From Macrostomum lignano (lineage: Eukaryota), in assembly GCA_002269645.1 (NCBI GenBank), contig NIVC01000247.1, forward strand, positions 496,001 to 560,000: 64,000 bases of DNA, written 5' to 3'. The first letter of the stretch is position 1. Every line of letters starts with the position of its first letter. This document shows positions 49,501-61,256 of the stretch, in pieces. The notes beneath the pieces are model-generated. The model ran no database searches and had not been told where the DNA came from. It worked only from the letters and a program-made list of their open reading frames with translations. The translations under genes were made by a program, and so were the position numbers.

Positions 49501-52500
49501 CCGCCAATCATCACTGTAGTCTGCAAACTGATTGCAGAGCCAGGTAGCGCCGGACCTGACTATCGGCGAAGAGCCGAGCGAATGGGTCGGCCGCAGAATT
49601 TCGAAAAAGGTGGCCAGATGACCGAGGCAGTTATTCGTGCACTCAAGATCAAGCGGCTCCTGCGGCTCGCCAGTCAGGTACGCGGCACCGACGTGGTACC
49701 GGGCCCGGGCCTTGGTGCTGTGCACCGTACCATTCCAGACGACTGGGTCGGCTGGGGCATCGTCGCCGACCTCGTCTTCATTGCACACTGCGCTGTGGCC
49801 CCGCAAGGATTGTGTTGCGGCAGCCAGCACATCCAGAGGGATAGCGAACGCAAGCGATATATAACAACATATTCATAGGCTTTAGGACTATAAAGTGCAA
49901 GGTGGGTGCAAATTTCACACTTAAGTAAAATGTCGAAAATTTTCTTGTCCACTGATTGCTTTAGAGAAAAATGCTGCTAATCAAAATATTCCAGGTCAAG
50001 AATTCATGCGCAGCTGGTTCATTCAAAATGCATTTTTGTGAATCTCGATATCGCCTTTTTTGGGGTTCTCACTTTTCCCTTAATTTTCCTGTGCATTGAG
50101 CGCATGATAGAGTTTTGTGGTACTTGTTTTGAAGAGAACGTTTGTAAGATTTCAATAGCTTTTGCACCTTTCTTGGACTGGGCATGGACAGATGGCACGA
50201 AGGTCTTGATGATGAAGATAGTGATTAATATCGGTTGCCGAATCAGACTTCGTCTCTCTGCCTTAAGGTGCCTGAAATGCTTCAAAATCAACTTCTTGAG
50301 CGGCCCGTCCTCGAGTGTCACGTCGGGATGGTTCATAAAAACTTCTTGGACCCGCCGTAGTCGATTGGAGCAGCAGAACCTGGCCAGTAGGCAGACCCTG
50401 GCCCGTGGAGGGATCCACAGCTCAGGGCATCACATTGCCTCTAGCCAAGAGAAGGGCTTTCTCAATTGCAGAGCCATTCCATATCTTGACTTCTTGACTT
50501 CTCAATGTAGCCCTCACCTCGGGAGAAACCGATGCATCGTCAACGACTTCCGTGAGCAGGTCGTCTTCGGCGAATACCACATGGAGCAGCGCCCTGAGCA
50601 CATACATTGATGAGCACGGTATTTTGCTCTATGTGTGTTTCCACAGCGCACATAAGAGCGGAGTTGTTCCTGGCCTTAACCTGTAGTATAGCAACAGAAA
50701 GGGAAACAAAATGTTCAGAGCTATTATGCAGTAGTAATGTTCAAAGGGAAACACATTAACATTACTATTGCATGCTCCACTTTCTTGCAGTCAACAAATC
50801 TAAATAACACACCGGTAACATTAGAACATAAGCCCTCTCCCAACTGTTTCGTTTTTCACCCTTTATAAACAGTTGAAGGGACTACATGTATAAGATCTCC
50901 CTAACAACTCACAACAGCCTTGTTTATAGTTATATCATCATTTTATTTGTGGAAATACAGTCCTGGAATTTCTCGAGCTCTGCATCCGTTCAAACAGAAA
51001 GATTCACATGAATCGACATCGAAACTGCAGGGTAAACTCCGGCCAGACTGGCGACTCCACACTGCAGCGCATCTCAGCTTCAATCACTCTTAGATGGAGC
51101 AGTTGCATCCAGTAAATGCCTAGTGAAGCAAACACAGATAATACAATAATTTAATACAGATATAAGTCAGTTTCCCACTTCTCTTGCTGCTTTAACTAGC
51201 TTTAGCAGCCCACCAGGATATGAATCTTAGATTTAAAAAAGCCTGAAAACGTGTCTATTCGGCTTACTTTACTGATGAACAAAAATCATTACTGTACTCG
51301 TATTTTACGTGTACCTTCGATTGATACCCAACGTATTCGCTGAATTCAACCTGCCTCTTGGCATATGCCCCCAACTAAGTAAGGTACGGCAGAAAGTGCA
51401 CCCTGAGAAATAAGAAAAATAATTTCGATCTAAAAACGGCCTAATCATTAATTTTCTTTAAAAATCGTACTCTGGCTTTAATTAATTAATTAAATCTTTA
51501 ATTAAATTAAATTATCCAAAATTTAATTTAATTTTAATTCCTCGAGAAGACTTCTAAATATATTGCTAAAGCTTTTTATTAGCACAAAAGCTTAAAACGT
51601 GGGTCTAAATACGAGCGTATGCATTCAAGATAGCTACTACCACTGCTGGCACTCACGCGCTGTCACCATTGAAGCACTATATTCGCAGAGCCCAGTTGGC
51701 TGCTAAAGCTGGCCAGAGTACGAGTAGCGCACCCATCTTCAAGCTGGTGTTGCGGCTGGATTCCGGTTGGCACTTTGAGACAGGCTTATGTGAGATGCTG
51801 TGAGTTGTAGGATATAGAGAGATAGATGCATCATTTACATGTACAAGATCACGATTGTAAATGGTGCTCCAATAAAATATGTCAAATGAGTCAAAGAACG
51901 AAATTTACTTACCCTTTCATCTTTTGTCGCTTCATCCAAATTATGCTTAGTGGAAGCAGCGATTGCCGACCAGTCTTCCTTACTCAATTCGGCAGCACAT
52001 GTGCAAGTAGATCACTTTGGCTAAGCCGCTTCTCTCGTATGACAGTACGCAACATGTTTACAGTGTCTGTTGTGTCACATTCGTGTGCTGTGACATGGAG
52101 AACAACAGCATCCTCCAGCTTCTCACCATATACTACTTGGATCGGCACTTCAGTTGAGGGTGCCAGTTTTCTCCACTGCTCCGGTTTCCAGGAAGCATGT
52201 GCACATAGTGACTACCTCACTACCTCCGGTAAATCACCGGTTAAGATAGATAAAGTTGATCCACCTGTATATATTATTTATATATATATTATGGACACTT
52301 CTACAGCTTAGCCTAAGGCGGGTATAGGTCTTGACAGCATGGTCATATAATGCATCGCTACCACTTGGGCTCCAGCCTTGGGCCGCAGCAGCGGTATTGC
52401 CAGAAGTTAATCGTCAATTATGCACAGAACTAAGAAATATTCCTGTGGCTTTGTCTTTGGCGGTTCTTACAATGTAACTGATCTTGTTGTCATGGTAGAT

Positions 52501-55500
52501 AGTGTCATATGTAGGCGTCCAGCCTTGGAATGTTCCGTGGTTCTGGATGCCAGACCAGACGACGCCACGTTTGGTAATGATTAACGTTGTGTCATGTCAA
52601 AACTTCTCGATTAACTAAAGTTGAGCGGCAATGTGGTTTTCTCATTGCAACTAAGTTGGTTTAATTTGAATCGTGTCAGATGGCAGCATTTAGTCACGAA
52701 ACTCCACTCGAATCCGGCGTAGGTGAACCGAACAGCTGCCTGAGCTTTCATTTAAAGCTGTGGGAGCTGCTGTTGCTCTCCATGATCTTCTCTTAAACCT
52801 TCCAAATGGACCTCAGGTGGCTCTTTCTTCATCAGGTCACATGAAAGAACATAAAAACAGCAAAAAAGCTGTTGTACAAAGTAACAGTAGCAATCGGGCT
52901 GATAAACTTCAGTCACTGTACTAGTTAAATTGATGCTGACACAGTAATATGCAGCTGGATTTACGAGTACACATGCAACGAAGCCTTCATAGGACAAAAT
53001 AAACAACGAAAAAATGACACTGAGCAAGATTTAAAAGAGCATCGACTACTGGCAGTCATAAAATGGTTAGCAAACGACGCCAAGGAAAGATGGCGAAGGC
53101 GACGAAGAAGGGCAGAATAGGCCCCTGTGAAAAAATCGAATTTATTTTGCTGCACTCAATATTTTGATGGTGATTAAAATAAAACAAGAAATACAGAAAG
53201 AAAAAATGCACACAAGGGCGGCTCAATCGCCCTGTTTTAACTGTAGATAGAAAACATTTTTAAGCAAATAGCTCCCTCTGTGTTTACGTTTAATTTGTTT
53301 TGGAATATGTCTTTAACTTAAAGTCTTTAATGAATACTTTGAAACGCATCCCACGTTGTGTCACAACAAACAGCTATGACAATTGCTAACTAGAATGACA
53401 ATATACGAGGTATTTCGGAAGCCAACAGTAGTCAAAAAAATTTAAACACGCTTTCAAGCATCGGGCAAACAGCAGTCACTGAATAGTAGCTGCAGAACAT
53501 GGCGTTTTAGGACGCAATATAAACAGTCACAGTATAATTTATAATATGCACTCTAATTGCGCTCTAACTAGCCTACAGAGTTCATTTTCAACGGGTGTCT
53601 TACAGATGCGATTCTCATTATACTTTAGAGACGATCCTCAGTATCATCCAATTGCGTTTTAAGAGCCTACTTTGAAGATGCCAGTCTTCTTCAGGTGACG
53701 GCCATCACCCTGAGGTGATGGTTTTTGAGACAACTATCGGAACACCTCCCCCCCCCTCGGCAACTGCAGGTGACGGCCGACGGCCGCCGCCTCCAGATGG
53801 TGGTCTGCTCGGCCACTCTGCACGCCCAGGAGGTGCGGCGAATGGCCGAACGCCTCATGTACTTTCCTGTATGGATCGATTTGAAAGGCCAAGACTCTGT
53901 GGCCGACACCATTCATCATTGCGTGTGCCCAGTGGACCCCTTGGCTGACCAGTCCTGGAGGCAGTTGCTGAACAAAAATACCAAATCCAGAATTCAAACT
54001 GACGGTGTACATCTCAACGATCGTGTTGGCAGCTCAGACAGTCCGGAGACTCTGTCCGAAGCTGTCAAACTGCTCAAAGGCGAATACGTGATTAGAGCAA
54101 TTGAGAAGCACAACATGGATCGGTGCTTGATCTTCTGTCGCACTAAGTTAGACTGCGACAACCTGGAGCACCTGTTCATAACAAAGGGTGGCGGACCTCG
54201 GGCTAGGAAAGGCGCGCCTTACAGTTGCGTCTGTCTGCACAGCGACCGCAAGCCGCAGGAGCGCAAGGACAATTTAGAACGCTTCAAAAATGCTGATGTG
54301 AGATTTCTCATCTGCACCGATGTGGCTGCTAGAGGTATTGATATCTCAGGTGAGTGACTGGCGTCATTTTGCTTATCTGCTTTTGGATCCTGAGCTGAGC
54401 ACTCTGTCTAATCTCCCCCTGTCTTATTCTGATCTCACCCTGTCTTATTCTGATCTCACCCTGTCTTATTCTGATCTCACCCTGTCTTATTCTGATCTCC
54501 CCTGTCTTATTCTGATCTCACCCTGTCTTATTCTGATCTCACCCTGTCTTATTCTGATCTCACCCTGTCTTATTCTGATCTCACCCTGTCTTATTCTGAT
54601 CTCACCCTGTCTTATTTTGATCCCACCCTGTCTTATTTTGATCTCACCCTGTCTTATTCTGATCTCACCCTGTCTTATTCTGATCTCACCCTGTCTTATT
54701 CTGATCTCCCCTGTCTTATTCTGATCTCACCCTGTCTTATTCTGATCTCACCCTGTCTTATTCTGATCTCACCCTGTCTTATTCTGATCTCACCCTGTCT
54801 TATTCTGATCTCACCCTGTCTTATTCTGATCTCACCCTGTCTTATTTTGATCCCACCCTGTCTTATTTTGATCTCACCCTGTCTTATTCTGATCTCACCC
54901 TGTCTTATTCTGATCTCACCCTGTCTTATTCTGATCTCACCCTGTCTTATTCTGATCCCACCCTGTCTTATTCTGATCTCACCCTGTCTTATTCTGATCT
55001 CACCCTGTCTTATTCTGATCTCACCCTGTCTTATTCTGATCCCACCCTGTCTTATTCTGATCCCACCCCTTTTTATTAATGATCTCATGCTGTCTTTTCT
55101 GATCTCACTTCACTTTTTCTATTTGGCTGTTTCCTGTCTCCTGTTTTCCTGATCAACCCCTCAACACTCACCTTAGTTCCGTCTTCATTCGGTCTCACCC
55201 CTCATCCAATCTCACCTCTCATCCAATCTCATCTCTCATCCAATCTCACCTCTCATCCAATCTCACCTCTCATCCAATCTCACCTCTCATCCAATCTCAC
55301 TCTCACCCAATCTCACCTCTCACCCAATCTCACCTCTCACCCAATCTCACCTCTCACCCAATCTCACCTCTCACCCAATCTCACCTCTCATCCAATCTCA
55401 TCTCTCATCCAATCTCACCTCTCACCCAATCTCACCTCTCACCCAATCTCACTCTCACCCAATCTCACCTCTCACCCAATCTCACCTCTCACCCAATCTC

Positions 55501-56264
55501 ACCTCTCACCCAATCTCACCTCTCACCCAATCTCACCTCTCACCCAATCTCACCTCTCATCCAATCTCACCTCTCATCCAATCTCACTCTCATCCAATCT
55601 CTCTCACACAATCTCACCTTCACCTAATCTCACTCTCACCCAATCTCACTCTCACCCAATCTCACTCTCACCCAATCTCACTCTCATCCAATCTCACTCA
55701 CCCAATCTCACTCTCATCCAATCTCTCTCACACAATCTCACCTTCACCTAATCTCACTCTCACCCAATCTCATCTCTCACCCAATTTCACCCAGGCCTGC
55801 CCTTCGTGATCAACGTGACGCTACCAGACGAGAAGCAGAACTACGTGCACCGTATCGGCCGTGTCGGTCGCGCCGAGCGCATGGGCCTGGCCATCTCGCT
55901 TGTTGCCAACGTGAAAGAGAAAGTCTGGTACCATAGCAACTGCCAGACCAAGGGTCGCGGCTGCACCAACACTAACCTAGTTGAAGTGGGCGGCTGCTGT
56001 ATTTGGTACAACGAGCCTCAACTGCTAGCTGATGTCGAAGAGCATCTGGGCGTCACCATCGATCAAATCGACACGGATATGACTGTGCCAGTGAACGAAT
56101 TCGATGGCAAAGTTGTGTACGGACAGAAGCAGAGAAAAGGCGGCGCTGGCCTGTACCAGGGTCACGTGAGCGTGATGCAGTCCGCTGTGAAGTCGCTTGC
56201 GAGTCTGGAGACTCAAGCTCAGGATAGCTATCTGCAGATGCGCTTCGGCCCACCCGTTATGTAG
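37548..56264 (+). CDS. DDX1: ATP-dependent DEAD-box RNA helicase DDX1 (SPRY insertion), 6 exons, ~754 aa
   Basis: Exons 37548-37773, 38891-39045, 40100-40561, 41578-41949, 53770-54349 and 55795-56264 total 2265 nt in frame, all GT-AG. Motifs: [18 protein letters not shown] ([18 protein letters not shown]), [54 protein letters not shown]. Confidence 0.97.
38057..38230 (-). mobile_element. tRNA-derived SINE-like element, copy B (DDX1 intron 1)
   Basis: The minus strand starts GCCGTAGCCCAGCGGTAGCGC (A-box-like), followed by GGCTCGATTCC (B-box-like). The body is homologous to 8782-8948. Confidence 0.7.
38235..38590. repeat. CT-rich degenerate repeat (CTACCCACTCTCCC-like)
   Basis: Direct observation. 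Confidence 0.85.
38680..38795. promoter_or_regulatory. Cluster of three perfect heat-shock elements with CCAAT, GC box and TATA-like motifs
   Basis: GAAagTTCtaGAA 38721-38733, GAAacTTCtgGAA 38746-38758, GAAgtTTCtaGAA 38783-38795. CCAAT at 38680-38684, GGGCGG at 38689-38694, TATATTTAT at 38699-38707. Confidence 0.6.
39185..40015. repeat. ~80-bp tandem repeat, about 10 copies, DDX1 intron 2
   Basis: CCATGGTAAACAACTTGGTTGCTA recurs every ~80 bp (39242, 39321, 39401, 39480 and onward). Confidence 0.95.
40625..41280. repeat. 21-bp minisatellite (CTAACAGATTTAGGTGTCTGT)n, DDX1 intron 3
   Basis: Direct observation. Confidence 0.95.
43086..44928 (-). mobile_element. Decayed tyrosine-recombinase gene with N-terminal C2H2 finger and C-terminal PWWP domain (Crypton-like YR element)
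   Basis: Consecutive minus-strand frames: CPLC...SHLRFWH (C2H2); LDDFEEHL...; FNRADVVSN...EF (catalytic Arg, after a frameshift at ~44153); HKKG; LFL; NSFR; [12 protein letters not shown] (His to Tyr spacing of 9); then [18 protein letters not shown]...VQFF...RMWI (PWWP). At least 3 frameshifts and 1 stop. Confidence 0.7.
46780..47880 (-). mobile_element. Decayed, internally deleted THAP/P-element-type transposase
   Basis: Across frameshifts, 47875-47590 reads KCCVIDC...[22 protein letters not shown]...[12 protein letters not shown]...RLKAKAVP (THAP domain). 47088-46819 reads [21 protein letters not shown]...[10 protein letters not shown], resembling the THAP9/P transposase C-terminal region. 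The catalytic core is absent and no TIRs were found. Confidence 0.7.
48470..48850 (-). mobile_element. Second P-element/THAP9-like C-terminal fragment (frameshifted)
   Basis: [16 protein letters not shown]...FPELDLY...[19 protein letters not shown] resembles the H..LI..I...Y..IR terminal helix of P-type transposases. Recognised by eye only. Confidence 0.4.
48810..49830 (-). pseudogene. Frameshifted GC-rich coding region of unknown family: globular N-part plus A/Q/P/G-rich tail
   Basis: ORF 49830-49276, ORF 49258-48980 and a further frame to ~48810 can be joined by single frameshifts. Composition is coding-like, but I recognise no domain. Confidence 0.4.
50019..52620 (-). pseudogene. Decayed, apparently spliced gene fragments of unknown or TE-accessory type (weak BEN-like segment)
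   Basis: Minus-strand donor GTAAGT at 51912; acceptors TTTCTCAG at 51404 and TTCACTAG at 51121. Coding-like stretches with stops and frameshifts; [13 protein letters not shown]...VDP...RLRRVQEVF at 50607-50250. Confidence 0.3.
54405..55075. repeat. 21-bp minisatellite (CTGTCTTATTCTGATCTCACC)n, DDX1 intron 5
   Basis: Direct observation. Confidence 0.96.
55190..55790. repeat. ~17-bp minisatellite (CCAATCTCACCTCTCAC)n running up to the DDX1 exon 6 acceptor
   Basis: Direct observation; the array ends at ...TTCACCCAG|GC. Confidence 0.95.
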
Positions 56265-56327
56265 CTGGCCTCTTTGACTCTTTGTTGCATGCCAAATTAT
56301 CTGTAATAGTTCATATTCGACAATATA

Positions 56328-57100
56328 AGAATCGCCCTCAAACCCATCCTAAAAAGCCTGAGGATCTCCCTCAACCCATCCTGAGAAGCCTGAGAATCGC
56401 CCTCAGCCCATCCTAAGAATCGCCCTCAGCCCAGACTGAGAATCGCCCTCAAGCAACCATCCTGAGAATCGCCCTCAACCCAGCCTGAGAATCGCCTTCA
56501 AGCAACCATCCTGAGAATCGCCCTAAGCCCAGCCTGAGAATCGCCTTCAACCCATCCTGAGAATCGCCCTCAACCCATCCTGAGAATCGCCCTCAAACCC
56601 ATCCTGAGAATCGCCCTCAGCCCATCCTGAGAATCGACCTCAAACCCATCCTGAGAATCGCTCTCAAACCCATCCTGAGAATCGCCCTCAAACCCATCCA
56701 AAGAATCGCCCTCAAACCCATCCTAAGAATCACCCTCAAACCCATCCTAAGAATCGCCCTCAAACCCATCCAAAGAATCGCCCTCAAACCCATCCAAAGA
56801 ATCGCCCTCAAACCCATCCTAAGAATCGCCCTCAAACCCATCCTAAGAATCACCCTCAAACCCATCCTAAGAATCGCCCTCAAACCCATCCTAAGAATCG
56901 CCCTCAAACCCATCCTAAGAATCGCCCTCAAACCCATCCTGAGAATCGCTCTCAAACCCATCCTTGAGAATCGCTCTCAAACCCATCCTGAGAATCGCCC
57001 CCAACCCATCCTTGAGAATCACCCTCAACCCATCCTTGAGAAACGCCCTCAAACCCATCCTGAGAATCGCCCTCAAACCCATCCTGAAAATCTCCCTAAA
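56328..57100. repeat. 24-bp minisatellite (AAACCCATCCTGAGAATCGCCCTC)n just 3' of DDX1
   Basis: Direct observation. Confidence 0.95.
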
Positions 57101-57462
57101 AGCCAATTAATACTATCATTGTTATTTGAAATATTAATATTTGCAAGTTTGGTGTCTGTCTGGTGATTTGGTTGTATTGTGACTTTTTCTGGTCACTTTT
57201 CTTCTAATATTATTCCCAATTTAAAATTTTGTTTAATGCAATTTTGAATTGCTAAAATACTTCTAGCTAGATGATCTATGATTGGCCAAACCGCATTCAC
57301 TGCAATCAATTAATGCTGTTTAGAATTAGAATCAATTAAAGTAGTACGAAAATACAACTTTACTTGCTGTTTGTTTGTTAGAATCATTTTTCATTTTATT
57401 TATGATTTTTTTTGTTTTTGATTTCACATTTTTCAGATTAATAATGATTTCACCACATTCCA

Positions 57463-58817
57463 CTGTGACTGTCACCCTCCTTGATCCCCTGTGACTAACA
57501 CCCTCCTTGATCCCCTGTGACTGTCACCCTCCCAGATCCCCTGTGACTGTCACCCTCCCAGATCCTTTGTGACTGTCACCCTCCCAGATCCCCTGTGACT
57601 GTCACCCTCCCAGATCCCCTGTGACTGTCACCCTCCCAGATCCCCTGTGACTAACACCCTCCTTGATCCCCTGAGACTGTCACCCTCCCAGATCCCCTGT
57701 GACTAACACCCTCCTTGATCCCCTGAGACTGTCACTCCCCTAGATCCCCTGTGACTGTCACCCTCCCAGATCCCCTGTGACTGTCACCCTCCCAGATCCC
57801 CTGTGACTAACACCCTCCTTGATCCCCTGAGACTGTCACCCTCCCAGATCCCCTGTGACTAACACCCTCCCAGATCCCCTTTGACTGTCACCCTCCCAGA
57901 TCCCCTGTGACTAACACCCTCCTTGATCCCCTGTGACTGTCACCCTCCCAGATCCCCTGTGACTGTCACCCTCCCAGATCCTTTGTGACTGTCACCCTCC
58001 CAGATCCCCTGTGACTGTCACCCTCCCAGATCCCCTGTGACTGTCACCCTCCCAGATCCCCTGTGACTGTCACCCTCCCAGATCCCCTGTGACTGTCACC
58101 CTCCCAGATCCCCTGTGACTAACACCCTCCCTGATCCCCTGAGACTGTCACCCTCCCAGATCCCCTGTGACTAACACCCTCCTTGATCCCCTGAGACTGT
58201 CACTCCCCTAGATCCCCTGTGACTGTCACCCTCCCAGATCCCCTGTGACTGTCACCCTCCCAGATCCCCTGTGACTAACACCCTCCTTGATCCCCTGAGA
58301 CTGTCACCCTCCCAGATCCCCTGTGACTAACACCCTCCCAGATCCCCTGTGACTGTCACCCTCCCAGATCCCCTGTGACTAACACCCTCCTTGATCCCCT
58401 GAGACTGTCACTCCCCTAGATCCCCTGTGAATGTCACCCTCCCAGATCCCCTGAGACTGTCACCCTCTCAGATCCCCTGTGAATGTCACCCTCCTTGATC
58501 CCCTGAGACTGTCACTCCCCCAGATCCCCTGTGACTAACACCCTCCTTGATCCCCTGAGACTGTCACCCTCCCAGATCCCCTGTGACTAACACCCTTCCA
58601 GATCCCCTGTGACTAACACCCTCCTTGATCCCCTGAGACTGTCACTCCCCCAGATCCCCTGTGAATGTCGACCTCCCAGATCCCCTGTGACTGTCACCCC
58701 CCGGCTCCCAGATCCCCTGAGACTGTCACCCTCCCAGATCCGCTGAGACTGTCACCCTCCCAGATCCGCTGAGACTGTCACCCTCCCAGATCCGCTGAGA
58801 CTGTCACCCTCCCAGAT
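57463..58817. repeat. 26-bp minisatellite (GATCCCCTGTGACTGTCACCCTCCCA)n upstream of MYG1
   Basis: Direct observation, about 52 units. Confidence 0.96.
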
Positions 58818-58876
58818 GTCTTTAAAGATTTAACTACCTGGTCAAGGATATGCATTGTATTGTTAATGCCAAATTC

Positions 58877-60616
58877 ATGTTAAAATTTTCTCGGCTAACA
58901 GAATCACTGTTTGCCAAATTCAATCGGTTAATAAATTTGCAACAGACAGCATCAATGGCGGCTAGTGCAGATGATGGAGTTCCAACTAAACGGCCGAGGC
59001 TAAGCCAGGAGAGTACAGAAAATGGTGACACTCGGCGGACAATCGGAACGCACAATGGCTGTTTTCATTGCGACGAGGTGGCGGCCTGTTTCATGCTGAA
59101 GCAGCTGCCGCAGTACCGCAGTGCCATTGTGAAGCGGTCCAGAGATCCCGCTGTGCTGAAGGACTGCGACGTTGTGGTTGATGTTGGCGGCGTGTTCGAC
59201 CCCAAGATTCTGCGTTTCGACCATCATCAGCGGTGAGAATTGTTCGATCTTATTTAAAGATCCTAAGAGAATCGCCTTTGAACTATCGTGAGTATCGCCC
59301 CTGATGCATCATGAGAATCGCCCCTGATGCATCATGAAAATCGCCCCTGATGCATCAAAAAATCGCCCCTGATGCATCATGAGAATCGCCCCTGATGCAT
59401 CATGAAAATCGCCCCTGATCATGAGAATCGCCCCTGATCATGAGAATCGCCCCTGATCATGAGAATCGCCCCTGATGCATCATGAAAATCGCCCCTGATG
59501 CATCATGAAAATCGCCCCTGATCATGAGAATCGCCCCTGATGCATCATAAAAATCGCCCCTGATGCATCATGAAAATCGCCCCTGATCATGAGAATCGCC
59601 CCTGATCATGAGAATCGCCCCTGATGCATCATGAAAATCGCCCCTGATGCATCATGAAAATCGCCCCTGATGCATCATGAAAATCGCCCCTGATCATGAG
59701 AATCGCCCCTGATGCATCATAAAAATCGCCCCTGATCATGAGAATTGCCCCTGATGCATCATGAAAATCGCCCCTGATCATGAGAATCGCCCCTGATGCA
59801 TCATGAGAATCGCCCCTGATCATGAGAATCGCCCCTGATGCATCATGAGAATCGCCCCTGATCCATCCTTAGAATCGCCCCTGAACTATCATGAGAATCG
59901 CCTCTAAACCTTCATGAGAATCGCCCCTGATCATGAGAATTGCCCCTGACATGAGAATCGCCCTTGATCCATCCTGAGAATCGCCCCTGATCCATCCTGA
60001 GAATCGCCCCGAACTATCATGAGAATCGCCTCTAAACCTTCATGAGAATCGCCCCTGATGCATATTGAGAATCGCCCCTGAACTATCTCCCCTAAACTAT
60101 CATGAGAATCTCCCCTCAACTGTCATGAGAATTGCCTCTGAACCATCATGAGAATCGCCCCTGAAGTATAATGAAAATCCCCCTGAAACTTCATGAGAGT
60201 CCCCCTGAACCTTCATGGAAACCCCCTCACAAATGCCAGTCTCTAGACACCTATCTCACCTGTTACTTGAATCCCCTATTCACCCTCAGGGATTTCAACG
60301 AAACCTTCAACAGCCTAATGCCGGAAAAGCCCTGGAAAATCAAGGTCAGTTTGCTTTGCCTGCCGCATTTAATCAAATTCAAGTTTAATCTTTGTCTCAC
60401 CAGCAGCCTCTCGCAACGCTGCTTTAATACGGCCTGCGGACCTCATGACTCACCCTTTGACAGCTGAGCAGTGCTGGCCTGGTCTATTGCCACTTCGGCC
60501 TGGAGGTGATCGCCAGCCTGACTGGCCTCGCTACTGATGATGACTTTGTGAAGAAGGCGTTCGATTTGGTGAGCTGCTTGTCTGTCTGTCTGTCTCTGCC
60601 TGCCTGCCTGTCTGTA

Positions 60617-60699
<83 letters not shown>

Positions 60700-60791
60700 G
60701 TCTGTCTGTCTGTCTTTCTGTCTGTCTGTCTGTCTGTGTCTGTCTGTCTTTGTGTCTGTCTGTCTGTCTGTCTGTCTCAGTGGCGTCTTAG

Positions 60792-60828
<37 letters not shown>

Positions 60829-60933
60829 GTCTGTCTGTCTCTCTGTCTATCTGTCTGTCTCTCTGTCTGTCTATCTGTCTGTCTGTCTCTCTGTCTATCT
60901 GTCTGTCTATCTGTCTGTCTGTCTCTCTGTCTA

Positions 60934-60974
<41 letters not shown>

Positions 60975-61011
60975 GTCTGTCTGTCTGTCTTTCTGTCTGT
61001 CTGTCTGTCTG

Positions 61012-61048
<37 letters not shown>

Positions 61049-61062
61049 CAGTGGCGTCTTAG

Positions 61063-61119
<57 letters not shown>

Positions 61120-61133
61120 CAGTGGCGTCTTAG

Positions 61134-61166
<33 letters not shown>

Positions 61167-61203
61167 TTCTGTCTGTCTGTCTGTCTGTGTCTGTCTGTCT
61201 TTG

Positions 61204-61256
<53 letters not shown>

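Noticed and set aside
1731-58817. CRISPR-like appearance of the regularly spaced 20-80-bp and 254-bp repeats
   Set aside because: Units are head-to-tail without unique spacers, and the context is a spliceosomal eukaryote.
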